Part shown: positions 1 to 9,499 of the stretch, piece after piece
Position numbering within the stretch: the first letter of the stretch is position 1
Layout: each line of letters starts with the position of its first letter
Assembly (NCBI GenBank): GCA_017847995.1
Contig: JAGAPB010000024.1
Span: 1-56,371 of the forward strand
Source: Oscillospiraceae bacterium
GTDB lineage: Bacteria > Bacillota > Clostridia > Oscillospirales > Ruminococcaceae
DNA: 56,371 nucleotides
Direction: 5' to 3'
The notes under the pieces: generated by a model
What the model was told of the DNA's origin: nothing
Databases searched by the model: none
Seen by the model: only the letters and a program-made list of their open reading frames with translations
Translations under genes and position numbers: made by a program

Positions 1-446
1 CCATCGTGAAGAAGACCGCTTATTCCGATGGCGAACGCGCCAAGGTCAACTGCTACGGCGCTGACGACGTGCGTGAAGGCGTTGCCATCATGTGGCACGA
101 AGGCGTGGGCGTTTCCATCACCGGTAACTCCACCAACCCCACCCGCTTCCAGCATCCCGTAGCCGGCACTTACAAGAAGTGGTGCTTCGAGAACGGCGTT
201 AAGTACTTCTCGGTAGCTTCCGGCGGCGGCACCGGCCGTACCCTGCATCCCGACAACGTGGCTGCTGGCCCTGCCTCCTACGGCATGACCGACACCATGG
301 GTCGTATGCATGGCGACGCCCAGTTTGCCGGTTCTTCCTCTGTTCCCGCCCACGTAGAAATGATGGGCCTGATCGGCGCCGGCAACAACCCCATGGTTGG
401 TATGACTGTAGCTTGCGCTGTTGCAGTTGAAGAAGCTAACAAGTAA
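1..446 (+). CDS. GGGtGRT-family protein, C-terminal part (5' end outside the window)
   Basis: The ORF is open to the window start in the frame of 6..446. It contains the family-name motif GGGTGRT (SVASGGGTGRTLHPD) and uses host-like C-ending codons. That the true start lies upstream is inference from typical family length. Confidence 0.8.
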   Translation, partial: IVKKTAYSDGERAKVNCYGADDVREGVAIMWHEGVGVSITGNSTNPTRFQHPVAGTYKKWCFENGVKYFSVASGGGTGRTLHPDNVAAGPASYGMTDTMGRMHGDAQFAGSSSVPAHVEMMGLIGAGNNPMVGMTVACAVAVEEANK

Positions 447-448
447 GC
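351..448 (+). repeat. Left copy of a 98-bp imperfect direct repeat (last 31 codons + TAA + GC of the GGGtGRT gene)
   Basis: Hand alignment with 18840-18937 at a constant offset of 18489 gives 94/98 identical. The mismatches at 353, 407, 428 and 437 are all synonymous third-codon positions. Confidence 0.9.
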
Positions 449-500
449 CTTTGTTTAAGCCATTTTTAAGGTGGCAAGGCTGAATAAGTTCTGAAATAGA

Positions 501-550
501 GTTGGACACATCATTTTGCGTAAAACGCCAGTGATGTGTCCAACTTTTTT
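501..550 (+). terminator. Rho-independent terminator after the left GGGtGRT gene end
   Basis: A perfect 13-bp stem gttggacacatca (501-513) / tgatgtgtccaac (532-544) is followed by tttttt (545-550). Confidence 0.6.
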
Positions 551-823
551 GTTTGGGCCCATTGGAATGATGGGAGCAATGGTTTTTGAAGAAGCTGAGA
601 ATGATTTCAGAAGGTGGAATCACCTTCATATAACAAGGTGTGGGAAGGGGCATTTGTCAGGGTATGGATTAAAAAGTTAAAAGAAAATTTTCATACGTGA
701 GTAAAACTCAAAAAATCCCTTCATAGAACCAGCCCTGAGAAGAGGTGTTTTTGAAGCCTCCGGATAACAAAATTTTCAAAGTGGGGGGAAGGGATACAAA
801 TTTTTCAGATAATTAAACCCGGA

Positions 824-863
824 TAAAAAGCAATGGGCCAGAGAGGAGCTTGCCTCTCTGGCC
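824..863 (-). terminator. Terminator of the AAA+ ATPase gene
   Basis: An 11-bp stem ggccagagagg (836-846) / cctctctggcc (853-863) with a 6-nt loop. On the minus strand it is followed by CATTGCTTTTTAT. Confidence 0.5.
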
Positions 864-922
864 TTTCGCTTTACTATTCGTCTTCTATCTGAAATAAGGC
901 GCGCTTAAACAATGACAAAATA

Positions 923-2122
923 TCACGTTTCAAAATCGAGGAGCCAGTCTGCAATATCTACAATTTGCACTCCTTCATACTGGCATCTGTCATGCCTTGT
1001 GCGGGCAATTACCATTTTTGGGTAAGCGTCCTTGATCAAAAGCAATGGGGAAACCTCGCGTTCAAAGGTTTTTTCATCGCTGATATGATCCGAAACCTGT
1101 ATATAAATCTTCTCATTACGCTTAATCGCAACAAAGTCGATTTCTTTCTTGTAGAGTACTCCGGCATAGACTTCGTACCCTCTGCGCAGTAGTTCTACAG
1201 CAACCACATTTTCAAGGACTCTGCCGTAATCCATGTTCTTCGTGCCAAGCTTGGCATAACGGAATGTATGGTCGCTTAGATAATATTTATCATTACTGGA
1301 AAGATACTTTTTCCCCTTGATGTCATATCTGCGAATCTTATAAAAGGCAAAAGCGTTGCACAGATACTGAATATATGCGCTGATAGTAACATGATTGACC
1401 CTTTCCTTCAATCCACTAAAAGCATTTGTGATATTTCTTGCAGACGTCAGGTTGGAAATATTGTCCATCAGATAATCCACAAGCCTGTCCATCAACTGCA
1501 TATTGCGGATTTTGTATTTCCTTCGGATATCACGGACAATCAGCGTATTGAAAACATCGGCAATATAATCATACTTTGCTTCCTGATCCCGGTAGAGATA
1601 AGAACCTGCCATACCGCCTTCAAGTATATATCGATCCAGGGCGGTATACCTTTCTTCACAGTCAAAGTATTGCGTATATTCTCGAAATGAAAACGGAAAC
1701 ACTTTGATTTCAAATGTTCTCCCGGTAAATAACGTCGCCAAATCAGAACTCAACAGGAAAGCATTCGAACCGGTGATATAAATATCAATTTTTTCAGATG
1801 CGTGCAATCCGTTTATTGCCCTTTCAAAACCGGTGCACATCTGGACTTCATCGATCAGAACAAAATTGTCTTTTCCCTCCGTGTATCGCGCATTGATATA
1901 ATCATACAAAGGCCTGTACTCAAGCAGATGGTCAAACTCCGGCAGATTGAAGTTTATTTGAATAATATTGCAATCAGATATGTTCTGCTCAATATAGCTT
2001 TTAAATGCTTCAAGTAGCTTGGATTTTCCGCTGCGTCGGACACCTGAGATAACCTTAATGTCCGGAGTTCCGACTACATTGATAAGTTTTTCCAAATATT
2101 GAGTTCGGGTAATCAATTTCAC
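923..2122 (-). CDS. AAA+ ATPase of the AAA_14 + DUF4143 type
   Basis: 399-aa ORF with Walker A GVRRSGKS and a Walker-B-like FVLIDEVQ. The overall layout is typical of DUF4143 ATPases. A hand count of a 60-nt line gives about 33% GC, far below the neighbours. Confidence 0.8.
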   Translation of the reverse strand: MKLITRTQYLEKLINVVGTPDIKVISGVRRSGKSKLLEAFKSYIEQNISDCNIIQINFNLPEFDHLLEYRPLYDYINARYTEGKDNFVLIDEVQMCTGFERAINGLHASEKIDIYITGSNAFLLSSDLATLFTGRTFEIKVFPFSFREYTQYFDCEERYTALDRYILEGGMAGSYLYRDQEAKYDYIADVFNTLIVRDIRRKYKIRNMQLMDRLVDYLMDNISNLTSARNITNAFSGLKERVNHVTISAYIQYLCNAFAFYKIRRYDIKGKKYLSSNDKYYLSDHTFRYAKLGTKNMDYGRVLENVVAVELLRRGYEVYAGVLYKKEIDFVAIKRNEKIYIQVSDHISDEKTFEREVSPLLLIKDAYPKMVIARTRHDRCQYEGVQIVDIADWLLDFET

Positions 2123-2463
2123 GGTACATCACCTCTTACGAGGTATTGCACCACGTCTGTTTACCAAAATCAACAAAAACACGAAAGTGGTAAATAGATG
2201 CGTGGGTATGAGAGTTTCCTATACGAAGCATTGGAAGCGATTGTTTTGGAAGTTCGGCAATCACTGCTCAAAAATACTTCTGCTAAGAGTCACGCTTGCG
2301 TGTACTTATTGTATGTACCGCCAACCTTCTTAGACTTAGACTGTCGGGTTATACATGGCGTTTTTCGGTGCTCACATTTTATCCACAACGAACCCTTTTA
2401 CATAACTCTTTAATTGCCCAATATAAGCAAGAGAAGATTATTTCCGCGGGAGACCTGTAAAAA

Positions 2464-4452
2464 TCAAAGCTTCGGAATCCGCATGATAAAAACACTGCCT
2501 TTTCCTTTTTGGGAGTCCACTTCCACAGTACCGCCATGTTCCAGCGTGATAGTTCGAACCAGAAACAGCCCCAGACCATCTCCGCTTCCGTCAGGACGAG
2601 TGGTAAATCCCCGGTCAAAAACATAGGGTAGATCCTCCGGAGCGATTCCCACACCAGTATCTGCGACAGAGATTACAGCTTTCCCCTTTTCCTCCCGTAA
2701 CGAAAGAGTGATTATTCCATCCTCCGGCGTAAAAGAAAGCGCATTGTAACAGAGGTTTTCCAAAGCGGAACAAAGTCGATCTGTATTTCCTGAAACTGAC
2801 AGGTTTTCTTTCGGCAGATGGAGTTCGAATGATTGTCCATACAGTTCTACATCCGGTCGGTTATCCTCATAAAATCGGTGCAGAAGGTCATTTAAGCAGA
2901 TGGATTCATATTGGAAAACGCCTCGCTCTCCACGGGAAAATCCCTGAAGCAAACCAAAACGATCCTCCATTGTAACAACCCGTTCTGACAGGGCGTCCAG
3001 ATATCCTGTGGTTTCCCCGTCCAGAGCCACTCCGCCGCCTCTCACCAGTTCTGTGTAACTGCGTACAGCGGTAAGGGGATTTTTTAAATCATGGATAAGA
3101 TTTGCCAGAAGTTCTTTTCTTTCAGACAACAGGGTTTCCAGATACTGTGTTTTTTTGTCCACCTCCTCCTGCAGATGTTCGGTCAGCCTCAGGTTTTCCG
3201 CAGCCATTTCTCTGCCCCGACAGACCATCAGCGCGGAGAAAATGACGACCAGCAAAAACGCGCCGTATTCCTCCGGCCATGCCCCGCAGACAGGTTCAAA
3301 GCGGTTGATGGACAGCACCGCCCAGAGCTGGGAGACGCCGAAGAGGACGGCCCCCGCCAACTGCAGGCGCTGGAACCGCGCTCCGTTCAGCAGGCCGCTA
3401 AAGGAAACGCCAACCAGCCAGAAGGAATAGAACAGCTTAAAAAGCGTGGTTGCCACGCCGTATCCATTGATTAGCAGGGGTGCGTGTGGTAAAATAAAGA
3501 GCGGAAACAACGCGGTCGCCGCCGCGAAAAAGACGCAGGCGGGCAGTACCGCTTTTTGAAAAAGAGCGCCTTTCGCCCTGCCGGAAAGCGACGCCGCGAT
3601 CCATGCGGCGCAGAGCAGGATCACGCCTGCGGCCATATCCTCCAGCGCGTAGAGCAGCCGCACAGAGGGTACGCCCAGCATCCGCCAGAACGGATAGCTG
3701 ACCCGGACGGCAAAGGCGGCGCAGAGGACGCCGAACCAAAGGGCGGTTTTGTCCCTGTGAGGACGCCCAAACAGCCAAAGTGCCAGATTGGAAAGGGCTA
3801 CCGCTGCCGCACCAAAGCAGAGGACGCCGTAAACCGCCATCCGCAGCGCGATCATGCGCGCAATGGCGTCGGGGGTTCCCACCGCGGGCGGGTAATAGAG
3901 CCCGCCGTAATAGTGGTCATGGTTGGCGGCCTGTATGATGATCTCGGTGTCTCCGTCCGCCTCAAAGGTGTAAACGGTATCCCGGATATGGGCAAGGTAA
4001 GGCTCCACCGAGCCGGTTTCTCCCATGAGCTCCCCGCCGATATACACCCGGCTGGCGGAGGGGATCTCCGGCAGGAAAAGAGATAGCCGCACCGCTTCGC
4101 CGGGGTTTGTCAGTACCATGCGGTAGGTTGCCACCCCATAGGGAGTGCCCAGCGCGTCGGAGAAATTGGGATACTGACCGGCGTAGATGTGCTCCCGCGG
4201 AGCCTTGCCAGTAGTGAATTCCTCCGGGGCAAGCAGTTGGCCGGGATAATACTCCCAGCCGTCCACCAGAAAACGCGGGGAACCGGTCTGGACGGCTTCC
4301 AGCCGGCTTCGCCCTTCCCCCGCAGGCAGCGCGGCGGCATATTTGTTATCCACGGCATACAGCCACGCAAAGGCTGCGCCGCAGAGCAGCACCAGCGCGA
4401 GGATGAGGCTGCCGCCCTTTAAAATCTGCTTTTTCAAGAAATCACCTCCCAT
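2464..4452 (-). CDS. Sensor histidine kinase, 7TMR-DISM-like (extracytoplasmic domain + ~7 TM + HisKA/HATPase_c)
   Basis: It has a signal-anchor and a ~200-aa outside domain (LVDGWEYYPGQLL), followed by multiple hydrophobic helices. Kinase motifs are the H-box LIHDLKNPLTAV, N-box CYNALSFTP and G-boxes DTGVGI / GDGLGLFLV. An alternative TTG start at 4437 sits behind GGAGGTGA. Confidence 0.85.
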   Translation of the reverse strand: MGGDFLKKQILKGGSLILALVLLCGAAFAWLYAVDNKYAAALPAGEGRSRLEAVQTGSPRFLVDGWEYYPGQLLAPEEFTTGKAPREHIYAGQYPNFSDALGTPYGVATYRMVLTNPGEAVRLSLFLPEIPSASRVYIGGELMGETGSVEPYLAHIRDTVYTFEADGDTEIIIQAANHDHYYGGLYYPPAVGTPDAIARMIALRMAVYGVLCFGAAAVALSNLALWLFGRPHRDKTALWFGVLCAAFAVRVSYPFWRMLGVPSVRLLYALEDMAAGVILLCAAWIAASLSGRAKGALFQKAVLPACVFFAAATALFPLFILPHAPLLINGYGVATTLFKLFYSFWLVGVSFSGLLNGARFQRLQLAGAVLFGVSQLWAVLSINRFEPVCGAWPEEYGAFLLVVIFSALMVCRGREMAAENLRLTEHLQEEVDKKTQYLETLLSERKELLANLIHDLKNPLTAVRSYTELVRGGGVALDGETTGYLDALSERVVTMEDRFGLLQGFSRGERGVFQYESICLNDLLHRFYEDNRPDVELYGQSFELHLPKENLSVSGNTDRLCSALENLCYNALSFTPEDGIITLSLREEKGKAVISVADTGVGIAPEDLPYVFDRGFTTRPDGSGDGLGLFLVRTITLEHGGTVEVDSQKGKGSVFIMRIPKL

Positions 4453-4476
4453 TGGGGTGCCATTTTATCAGAAAGG

Positions 4477-6195
4477 ATGTTTTTGATGCAATACCGCTCT
4501 GTGGCCGCACTTATCATTGCGGTTTTGCTGCTGTTTTGCCAGCTTCCGGTCTGTGCGCAGGCCAGCGACGGGCTGACCATCGGCACTTCTCAGGCCTTGG
4601 GGAATGTTATCCGTCAGGATGAAACATATCCGTCCGAACAGGATACAGAGCCGTCGGAAGAACCGGCTCCCTCCGGATATGCTCCGCTGGATGTTCTGTC
4701 CGCCGATCACCAGCCTGACGCGCCGGTAGAGATCACACTGACGCAAAACTGGGTCATTGAGGATGCCCGGGGACTGATCACTTTGAACCCACAGATGTCC
4801 TCCTTTACCCCGGAGGACATTGCGGGGATGCTGGGATTTCCGGGCATCTCGCAACCGGTCACCATCTATACAAACGGGTTTCAAATTATAATCAAAGACG
4901 GCGGCTCGCTACTTTTGCAGGAATGGGACGCGGGCAGCGCGCAGCTCTGTGTTGAGGGCGAACACCCGGACGGCCTATTCCGGGTGGAAGGCTGCGGAAC
5001 GCTGGAACTTCATCAGGTATATGTCAAAACCTCCGGCACGGCGGTCATGCTGTGCGAGGACGCAAGCTATACATGGAGCAACGCCAACGAACGGGATTAT
5101 CCCGAACCGGTCGCAGTAGGAATAAAGGGATTTGAAGCGTTGGAGCTGTCCTCCTCTCCCAAACCGCTGCGTGTCTATGACGACACTCCGTGGTCGGACG
5201 AGCTTGCCGCAGAGCACCAGCCCGTTCTGTCGGTTTATTGCGGAGTAGATGGAGTGAGGGAAGAATTTCCGCAGGAACTGAAAGTGGTCTGGGATACTTC
5301 CTCCCAGGCGGAATCCCTTGCGGCACGGCAGGACTGTGTGCTGACAGGGACGCTGTATGATGAAAACGATCAGCCGGTGGAGAGCCGGTTTATCCCGGAG
5401 TTGCAGGTGCTTTTCCGCCAGCGCAGCCCGGTGGAGATCACAAAGGCCGCCTTTGAGCAGACCGGCGCGGGCAACTGGTTCGGGGATATCCGCTTTACCG
5501 CGCCTGCCGGTTATGAATCCATCATCCTTGAAGTATCCGAAGATGATGGGGAAAGCTGGTCGGAAGCCGAAGGGAGCGCGGCGGGATGCAAAAGAGGCGA
5601 AGGATACGCCTATTTCTTTGCAAATGACGACCGGTCACGGCTTTACCGCATCGTTGTGGAAGGCGGCCCCAATTCAGGATCGTCCGAAGCGGTAATACTG
5701 CCGGAACCGCAGGACAGCGGAAACTCTGGCAGCGGGAAAAGGCCGGGTAAAGATTCCGGCAGCAGCGATGATGACGACAACAGCAGCGACGGTGATCTGA
5801 GCGGAAACCGCGGCGGCGGCACAGCCATCGACATGCCGGACAGAAATACGGGACCCGACCTGATTAGAAACGAAAGTGAAGAAGCTTCCCGTATGAAGGG
5901 GGAAGAACGGCCGCAAATGCAGAATGGCCATCCCACCTCGGAAGGCTTCCTGCCCGAAAGGCCAAAGGATGAACAGGCGCCTTGCAAGTCCGACGGTGAG
6001 CTGACGGACGCTGCTTCGGCTCCTGCAGACACGGAAGCCAAAGAACAAAGCACCTCAGTCCTGCCAAAGGCCGTGCAGGCAGCTGTCGCTGCTGCGGGCG
6101 TTACCGTCTGTGCCGGTTCGGCCGGTATGGTATGCAGCGCAACGCTGCGGAGCAAGGTTCTGAAATGGGTATTCAGGTTGTTGCGGCGCGGTTAA
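4477..6195 (+). CDS. Secreted/membrane-anchored protein of unknown function
   Basis: 572-aa ORF with an N-terminal signal peptide (AALIIAVLLLFCQLPVCAQA) and an acidic Ser/Gly/Asp-rich low-complexity stretch. The C-terminus has a hydrophobic segment plus a basic tail (RLLRRG). The ATG at 4486 has better RBS spacing (GAAAGGA). No catalytic motif was recognised. Confidence 0.6.
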   Translation: MFLMQYRSVAALIIAVLLLFCQLPVCAQASDGLTIGTSQALGNVIRQDETYPSEQDTEPSEEPAPSGYAPLDVLSADHQPDAPVEITLTQNWVIEDARGLITLNPQMSSFTPEDIAGMLGFPGISQPVTIYTNGFQIIIKDGGSLLLQEWDAGSAQLCVEGEHPDGLFRVEGCGTLELHQVYVKTSGTAVMLCEDASYTWSNANERDYPEPVAVGIKGFEALELSSSPKPLRVYDDTPWSDELAAEHQPVLSVYCGVDGVREEFPQELKVVWDTSSQAESLAARQDCVLTGTLYDENDQPVESRFIPELQVLFRQRSPVEITKAAFEQTGAGNWFGDIRFTAPAGYESIILEVSEDDGESWSEAEGSAAGCKRGEGYAYFFANDDRSRLYRIVVEGGPNSGSSEAVILPEPQDSGNSGSGKRPGKDSGSSDDDDNSSDGDLSGNRGGGTAIDMPDRNTGPDLIRNESEEASRMKGEERPQMQNGHPTSEGFLPERPKDEQAPCKSDGELTDAASAPADTEAKEQSTSVLPKAVQAAVAAAGVTVCAGSAGMVCSATLRSKVLKWVFRLLRRG

Positions 6196-6245
6196 ATCAC
6201 AACGGGCACGTCCGGTAAGGGCATGCCTTTTCTTTTTTCAGAGGC

Positions 6246-6926
6246 TCAATCCTCACCCACAAAGCGGTAGCCTTTTCTCCGCACCGTTTCGATGTAATGG
6301 ATATCGGGACAAAGCTGATCCAGCTTCTGCCGAACTCGCGCCATACAAACCTGTATATTATGGATCCCTTTATTCACGGGGGATTTCCACACCCGGTCAT
6401 AGAGCTGCTCATAGGAGAATACCTGTCCCGGATTTTGCGCCAGAAAGGCCAGAAGATTGAATTCCAAGGTGGAGAACGGGATCGTATTGTTCTGATAGCG
6501 CACCTCTTGCAGTCCAAGGTCGATCTCCAGCAGTCCGAAACGCAGCACCTCGCGGATCTCCTGATTCAATCTGCGCTGGATCCGCAAACGTATCCTAAGC
6601 TCCAATTCCGTCAGCGAATACGGCTTTCCAAGATAGTCGTCGCCGCCTGCCATCAATCCCCGTATACGGTCATCCGTCCGTGCGTAAGCCGACAAAAAGA
6701 TTATGGGGACGCTGCTTATCTCCCGTATCTTCCGGCAAACCGCGATGCCGTCCGCACCGGGCATATCTACATCCAAAACGATAGCGTCCAATGCTGCGGA
6801 GGATGAAATCTTTAGGGCATCGGCGCCATTTTCGGCTGAAATGACCTGATAACCCTGCCTTTTCAAAAAAACAGAGTTGGTTTTTATAATATGAGGGTCA
6901 TCGTCTACTAGCAGGATCCGATACAT
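6246..6926 (-). CDS. OmpR/PhoB-family response regulator
   Basis: REC domain (ILLVDDD, VLDVDMPG, LGKP) plus a winged-helix output (ETVRRKGYRF). The ATG at 6926 is preceded by AAGGAAAGGAAG. The 97 upstream codons of track ORF 6246..7217 are judged non-coding. Confidence 0.85.
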   Translation of the reverse strand: MYRILLVDDDPHIIKTNSVFLKRQGYQVISAENGADALKISSSAALDAIVLDVDMPGADGIAVCRKIREISSVPIIFLSAYARTDDRIRGLMAGGDDYLGKPYSLTELELRIRLRIQRRLNQEIREVLRFGLLEIDLGLQEVRYQNNTIPFSTLEFNLLAFLAQNPGQVFSYEQLYDRVWKSPVNKGIHNIQVCMARVRQKLDQLCPDIHYIETVRRKGYRFVGED

Positions 6927-7040
6927 ATCTATCTTCCTTTCCTTTGGCTTTATCATACCACAAAATATCCTTCGAAAAAAACTCCGCTTGCCATGTTTCC
7001 CAAAACAGGTAAAAAGTTTTGACAAATCAAAATGGCTCGT

Positions 7041-7101
7041 CAAAAGCCGGCTTACCGCACCGGTTGTACTGCGGCAAAGCAGACGTCGGTGCAGCAGCCG
7101 G
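7041..7101 (-). terminator. Putative terminator after the SpoIIE-type phosphatase gene
   Basis: A long imperfect stem pairs ccggcttaccgcaccg (7047-7062) with cggtgcagcagccgg (7087-7101). On the minus strand it is followed by a T-run (plus-strand aaaa, 7042-7045). Confidence 0.4.
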
Positions 7102-7128
7102 CCTGATATTTGGATATAACGGAGCATT

Positions 7129-8517
7129 TTACTGAAGGATCCGCCGCCCATAATAACGCAATCCCAGCATGGTGATATCATCAAACTGAGGAGCCGCCCC
7201 AACAAACGTATCCACATCGGCTTTCACGGCTGACAAAAGCGGTTCCGGGTCATGGTCGCCATGAGCGTTCAAAACAGCTGACAGGCGCTCCTCCCCGTAA
7301 AGCTCCAAACCGGTGTCGGTGGCCTCAGTAACACCATCGGTATAAAGGTAGAGAGTGTCACCGGCGGACAGCTTCAGCGTTCCCATTCGGTAGCGGGTTC
7401 CCTCCATACCGGCCAGCACAAATCCGGAACGGCCGCGAAGAAACACAAATTCCCCGCCCGCTTGCCGGAGCAAGGGGGGATTGTGTCCGGCATTCACATA
7501 ACTCAGATGCCCTGTGGACAGCTCCAGAACTCCCATCCACACGGTAACGAATAGCCCTTCGTCATTGGATTCGCACAGCAGCTGGTTTACCTTGGCGAAA
7601 ACGGCGTCCGGCGCAGCTCCCGTCTGTGTGTGATCTTTAATCAATGTTTTGGCAATGACCATGAACAGCGCCGCCGGGACGCCCTTGCCGGAAACATCCG
7701 CGATGACCACTGCCAGATGATCGTCGTCCACCAGAAAGAAATCGTAGAAGTCGCCCCCCACTTCTTTTGCCGGCTCCATGGTTGCGAAGATGTCAAACTC
7801 CTCGCGTTCGGGGAAAGCGGGAAAGATGCAGGGAAGCATTGAGGTCTGGATATGCGTTGCCACAGCCAGCTCCGAAGCGATCTGCTGTTTGTCCATACTG
7901 TCCCTGACCTGTCGTTCCAGCAGCCTCCGGGTGCGATCCGCCAGGGTCGTGCAGACCGTCGTCAGGCCGTACAGGATCAGGCTTCTTGGCAGGATGTAAT
8001 ACAGAACCACCCGGCGGATGGTGTTGAAATTGACCACCCGGGGACCGCTGGTATCAACGGCGTAAAGCAGGTTGCTGTCCCATTCCCCCCAACAGACGCC
8101 GATGAGCAGGGAAATGGCCATGCAGATGACTGAAACAACCAGCAGCCCGCGGGAAAACCGCTTGGAATAGTAATGGGAGCCGAGGAGTATGGGGGCAGGC
8201 CAGGCGAGGATGGCATGTTTGGGAAGCGCCGCTGACAAAAGGGTGATGCCAAGGATACAGCAGAGCAATATGTAAAACTTCATCCGTGGGGAATCTCTGT
8301 CCATCTTCCTCAACAGGATCGTGGGGAGAAGGAACAGCAGAATCCCGCCGGCCCCTGCGATTGCCATAATGACATCCGGGACAATAAAGAGCCCTAAAAT
8401 ATTCAGTATCCAGATGACAGCAATCACCGCCGCAAGGACTCTCATGCACCGGGCGGCATAAAGATTGGCTTCTTTCTCATTCTCCGCAAAGGCTGCGGAG
8501 TAATCCAATTCATTCAT
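7129..8517 (-). CDS. Membrane-bound SpoIIE/PP2C-family protein phosphatase
   Basis: The N-terminal half has about 6 hydrophobic helices. The C-terminal PP2C/SpoIIE domain has the motifs GGDFYDF, VVIADVSGKG, YTDGVTE and DDITML. The track ORF starts at TTG 8544, but the ATG at 8517 is preferred. Confidence 0.85.
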   Translation of the reverse strand: MNELDYSAAFAENEKEANLYAARCMRVLAAVIAVIWILNILGLFIVPDVIMAIAGAGGILLFLLPTILLRKMDRDSPRMKFYILLCCILGITLLSAALPKHAILAWPAPILLGSHYYSKRFSRGLLVVSVICMAISLLIGVCWGEWDSNLLYAVDTSGPRVVNFNTIRRVVLYYILPRSLILYGLTTVCTTLADRTRRLLERQVRDSMDKQQIASELAVATHIQTSMLPCIFPAFPEREEFDIFATMEPAKEVGGDFYDFFLVDDDHLAVVIADVSGKGVPAALFMVIAKTLIKDHTQTGAAPDAVFAKVNQLLCESNDEGLFVTVWMGVLELSTGHLSYVNAGHNPPLLRQAGGEFVFLRGRSGFVLAGMEGTRYRMGTLKLSAGDTLYLYTDGVTEATDTGLELYGEERLSAVLNAHGDHDPEPLLSAVKADVDTFVGAAPQFDDITMLGLRYYGRRILQ

Positions 8518-8555
8518 AGCATCACCATCCTGTTCTGAAACCAAAACATCGTCGT

Positions 8556-8855
8556 TTATTGGATGGTCAGAATGTCGGTAAAGCCGGTGAGCTCAAAAAC
8601 TTCCATAACGGTCTCGTTGGCATTCATCACAACCATTGGACTGTTTTGCTTGTTCATTTGTTTCTGCGCTGCCAGAATAACCCGCAATCCCGCAGAGGAG
8701 ATGTACTCCAGCATCTCCAGATCCAAAACCAGTTCAGTCACATCATACAGCGAAGTCTTTACTTCCGCCTCCAACTGAGGAGCTGTCGTGGTATCGAGAC
8801 GTCCTTCCAGAGCCAGAGTCATGCGGGTGCCTTCCTTGTTTTTCGTGATCGTCAT
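8556..8855 (-). CDS. STAS-domain protein (anti-sigma-factor-antagonist type, SpoIIAA/RsbV-like)
   Basis: It has the conserved phosphorylatable-serine context LEYISSAGLRVIL. The ATG at 8855 is preceded by GGAGGA with 7-nt spacing, whereas the track start at 8870 has no RBS. Confidence 0.85.
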   Translation of the reverse strand: MTITKNKEGTRMTLALEGRLDTTTAPQLEAEVKTSLYDVTELVLDLEMLEYISSAGLRVILAAQKQMNKQNSPMVVMNANETVMEVFELTGFTDILTIQ

Positions 8856-8879
8856 GTCAGTATCCTCCATTTTTTATTT

Positions 8880-9494
8880 TTAATTGTTTTCAGGTGCCTT
8901 GGCTTTGAATGTTTTAAAGACGGTAATAGCTATCCTCTCGCTGCGCAGACCTATGCGGACGTCATCCGCCAGGCGCAGCAGGATAGACGCTTCCAGTTCA
9001 TCCCATTGGGCGGCCTTCTTTTCCCGTGCAAGACGGTTGCGCATCCTGACCAGCGACCACTCCTCCGGGATATGGCTTGCAAATCCGGCCCCAACGTAAA
9101 CATCCTGATCCGCCTGCCGGGTGCCCTTGCTGTACCAGTCGGCCACCATGCGCAGTTTGCCGACAACGCCCTGGTAGAACGCGTTTTCGCCGCTGGAGGA
9201 TGCGCCCAGCAGTCGTTGCTGCGCCGTTTCACCCACAGGGAAGGTTCTGGCTGAAAGCTGAAGCCGATATTCCTCATTCTCCTGTTCAATGACAAAAGAG
9301 CCGTCCTTCACCTCCGTCACTCCATTGAGTACGCCCAGCAGTTCTTCGGTCAGGAGACGCAGGTGTAAGGCCTGTTTGCCTGTCAAACCGGTTTCTTTTG
9401 CAAACCGGTCTGCTTCCCGCAGAGCAGCCGATGTAGCCCCCCGGCTGCCATCAATGGGGCAGATTGCAGATGTACTCACATAGATCCCCTCCAT
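8880..9494 (-). CDS. Hypothetical protein with a degenerate RsbW/GHKL-like domain
   Basis: 204-aa ORF. The helix ALHLRLLTEELLGVL and the C-terminal SILLRLADDV...RIAITVFK align by eye with the N-box helix and C-terminal strand region of the adjacent RsbW-like protein. The N-box Asn and Gly-rich ATP-lid are absent. Confidence 0.5.
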   Translation of the reverse strand: MEGIYVSTSAICPIDGSRGATSAALREADRFAKETGLTGKQALHLRLLTEELLGVLNGVTEVKDGSFVIEQENEEYRLQLSARTFPVGETAQQRLLGASSSGENAFYQGVVGKLRMVADWYSKGTRQADQDVYVGAGFASHIPEEWSLVRMRNRLAREKKAAQWDELEASILLRLADDVRIGLRSERIAITVFKTFKAKAPENN

Positions 9495-9499
9495 TTCTT

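Noticed and set aside
6927-7217. N-terminal extensions of track ORFs (6246-7217, 9500-9949, 47282-48127, 48174-48758, 37669-38907, 29056-30117, 34363-34878, 52033-52800, 53324-53986).
   Set aside because: In each case an internal ATG with a clear Shine-Dalgarno sequence coincides with the start of the recognisable domain. The upstream codons overlap neighbouring genes or terminators.
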